DNA from: Ostrea edulis
Lineage: Eukaryota
Direction: 5' to 3'
Length of the DNA: 64,000 nt
Assembly (NCBI RefSeq): GCF_947568905.1
Contig: NC_079168.1
Coordinates: 46,190,001-46,254,000 of the forward strand
Shown here: positions 63,757 to 64,000 of the stretch, in pieces
Position numbering within the stretch: the first letter of the stretch is position 1
Layout of the letters: the number at the start of each line of letters is the position of its first letter
The notes under the pieces: generated by a model
What the model saw: only the letters and a program-made list of their open reading frames with translations
Told to the model about the DNA's origin: nothing
Database searches by the model: none
Translations under genes and position numbers: made by a program

Positions 63757-63950
63757 TCGATTCTGGCGTAGCGTTAAACATAGGTAGTGGTTGCTCCTTC
63801 GCCAGGCACCCGGCTTTAGAAGGGAACGTCACAGGTGTTTTGTTATTACCTTGACACATGCAGATGTAGGCGTAGACACGACACAGAACCTTCTCTGATT
63901 CAGTCTCGTCATGCACAGGTCAAATTATGGCTCTTCACCTACAGCTGCTG
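63757..63950 (+). mobile_element. tRNA-derived SINE body and tail (3' half of the split SINE)
   Basis: cgttaaacataggtagtggttgctccttcgccaggca matches the body at 31425-31455; gcacaggtcaaa...cacctacagctg matches 31165-31206. Confidence 0.65.
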
Positions 63951-64000
63951 TCGATTTCTATTCTTTTAATTAAGGAAAGGAGCTTGATTTAAACCTATAA

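Overview
AT-rich, intron-containing animal genomic DNA. The repeat content (Penelope-like retroelement pieces, V-domain-like and tRNA-derived SINEs, Helentron-type tandem-repeat elements) suggests a bivalve, probably an oyster; this is inferred from recognition, not from a database search. Most short six-frame ORFs are noise, and the real genes were rebuilt by hand from splice sites. (1) A 411-aa single-coding-exon orphan on the minus strand (15.1-16.4 kb). (2) Two paralogous three-exon secreted precursors (20.9-24.8 kb and 30.9-32.1 kb). Each encodes two disulfide-rich peptides released at basic sites, with G-K-R amidation signals, in Cys frameworks (C-C-C-CCC and ...C-CC-W-C) that I do not recognise; this is the main candidate for a novel system. 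(3) Two tandem six-exon expansin-like (EXLX-type) genes (34.3-43.8 kb), one lacking the Asp equivalent to the essential D82 of Bacillus EXLX1. (4) A 4.6-kb unit carrying a 292-aa intronless orphan ORF in three copies: two in tandem bounded by (CA)n tracts, and one inverted, circularly permuted and splitting a SINE. The remainder is transposon debris (PLE with a hammerhead ribozyme, LINE, DIRS-like, Tc1, Harbinger-like, MITEs) and minisatellites.
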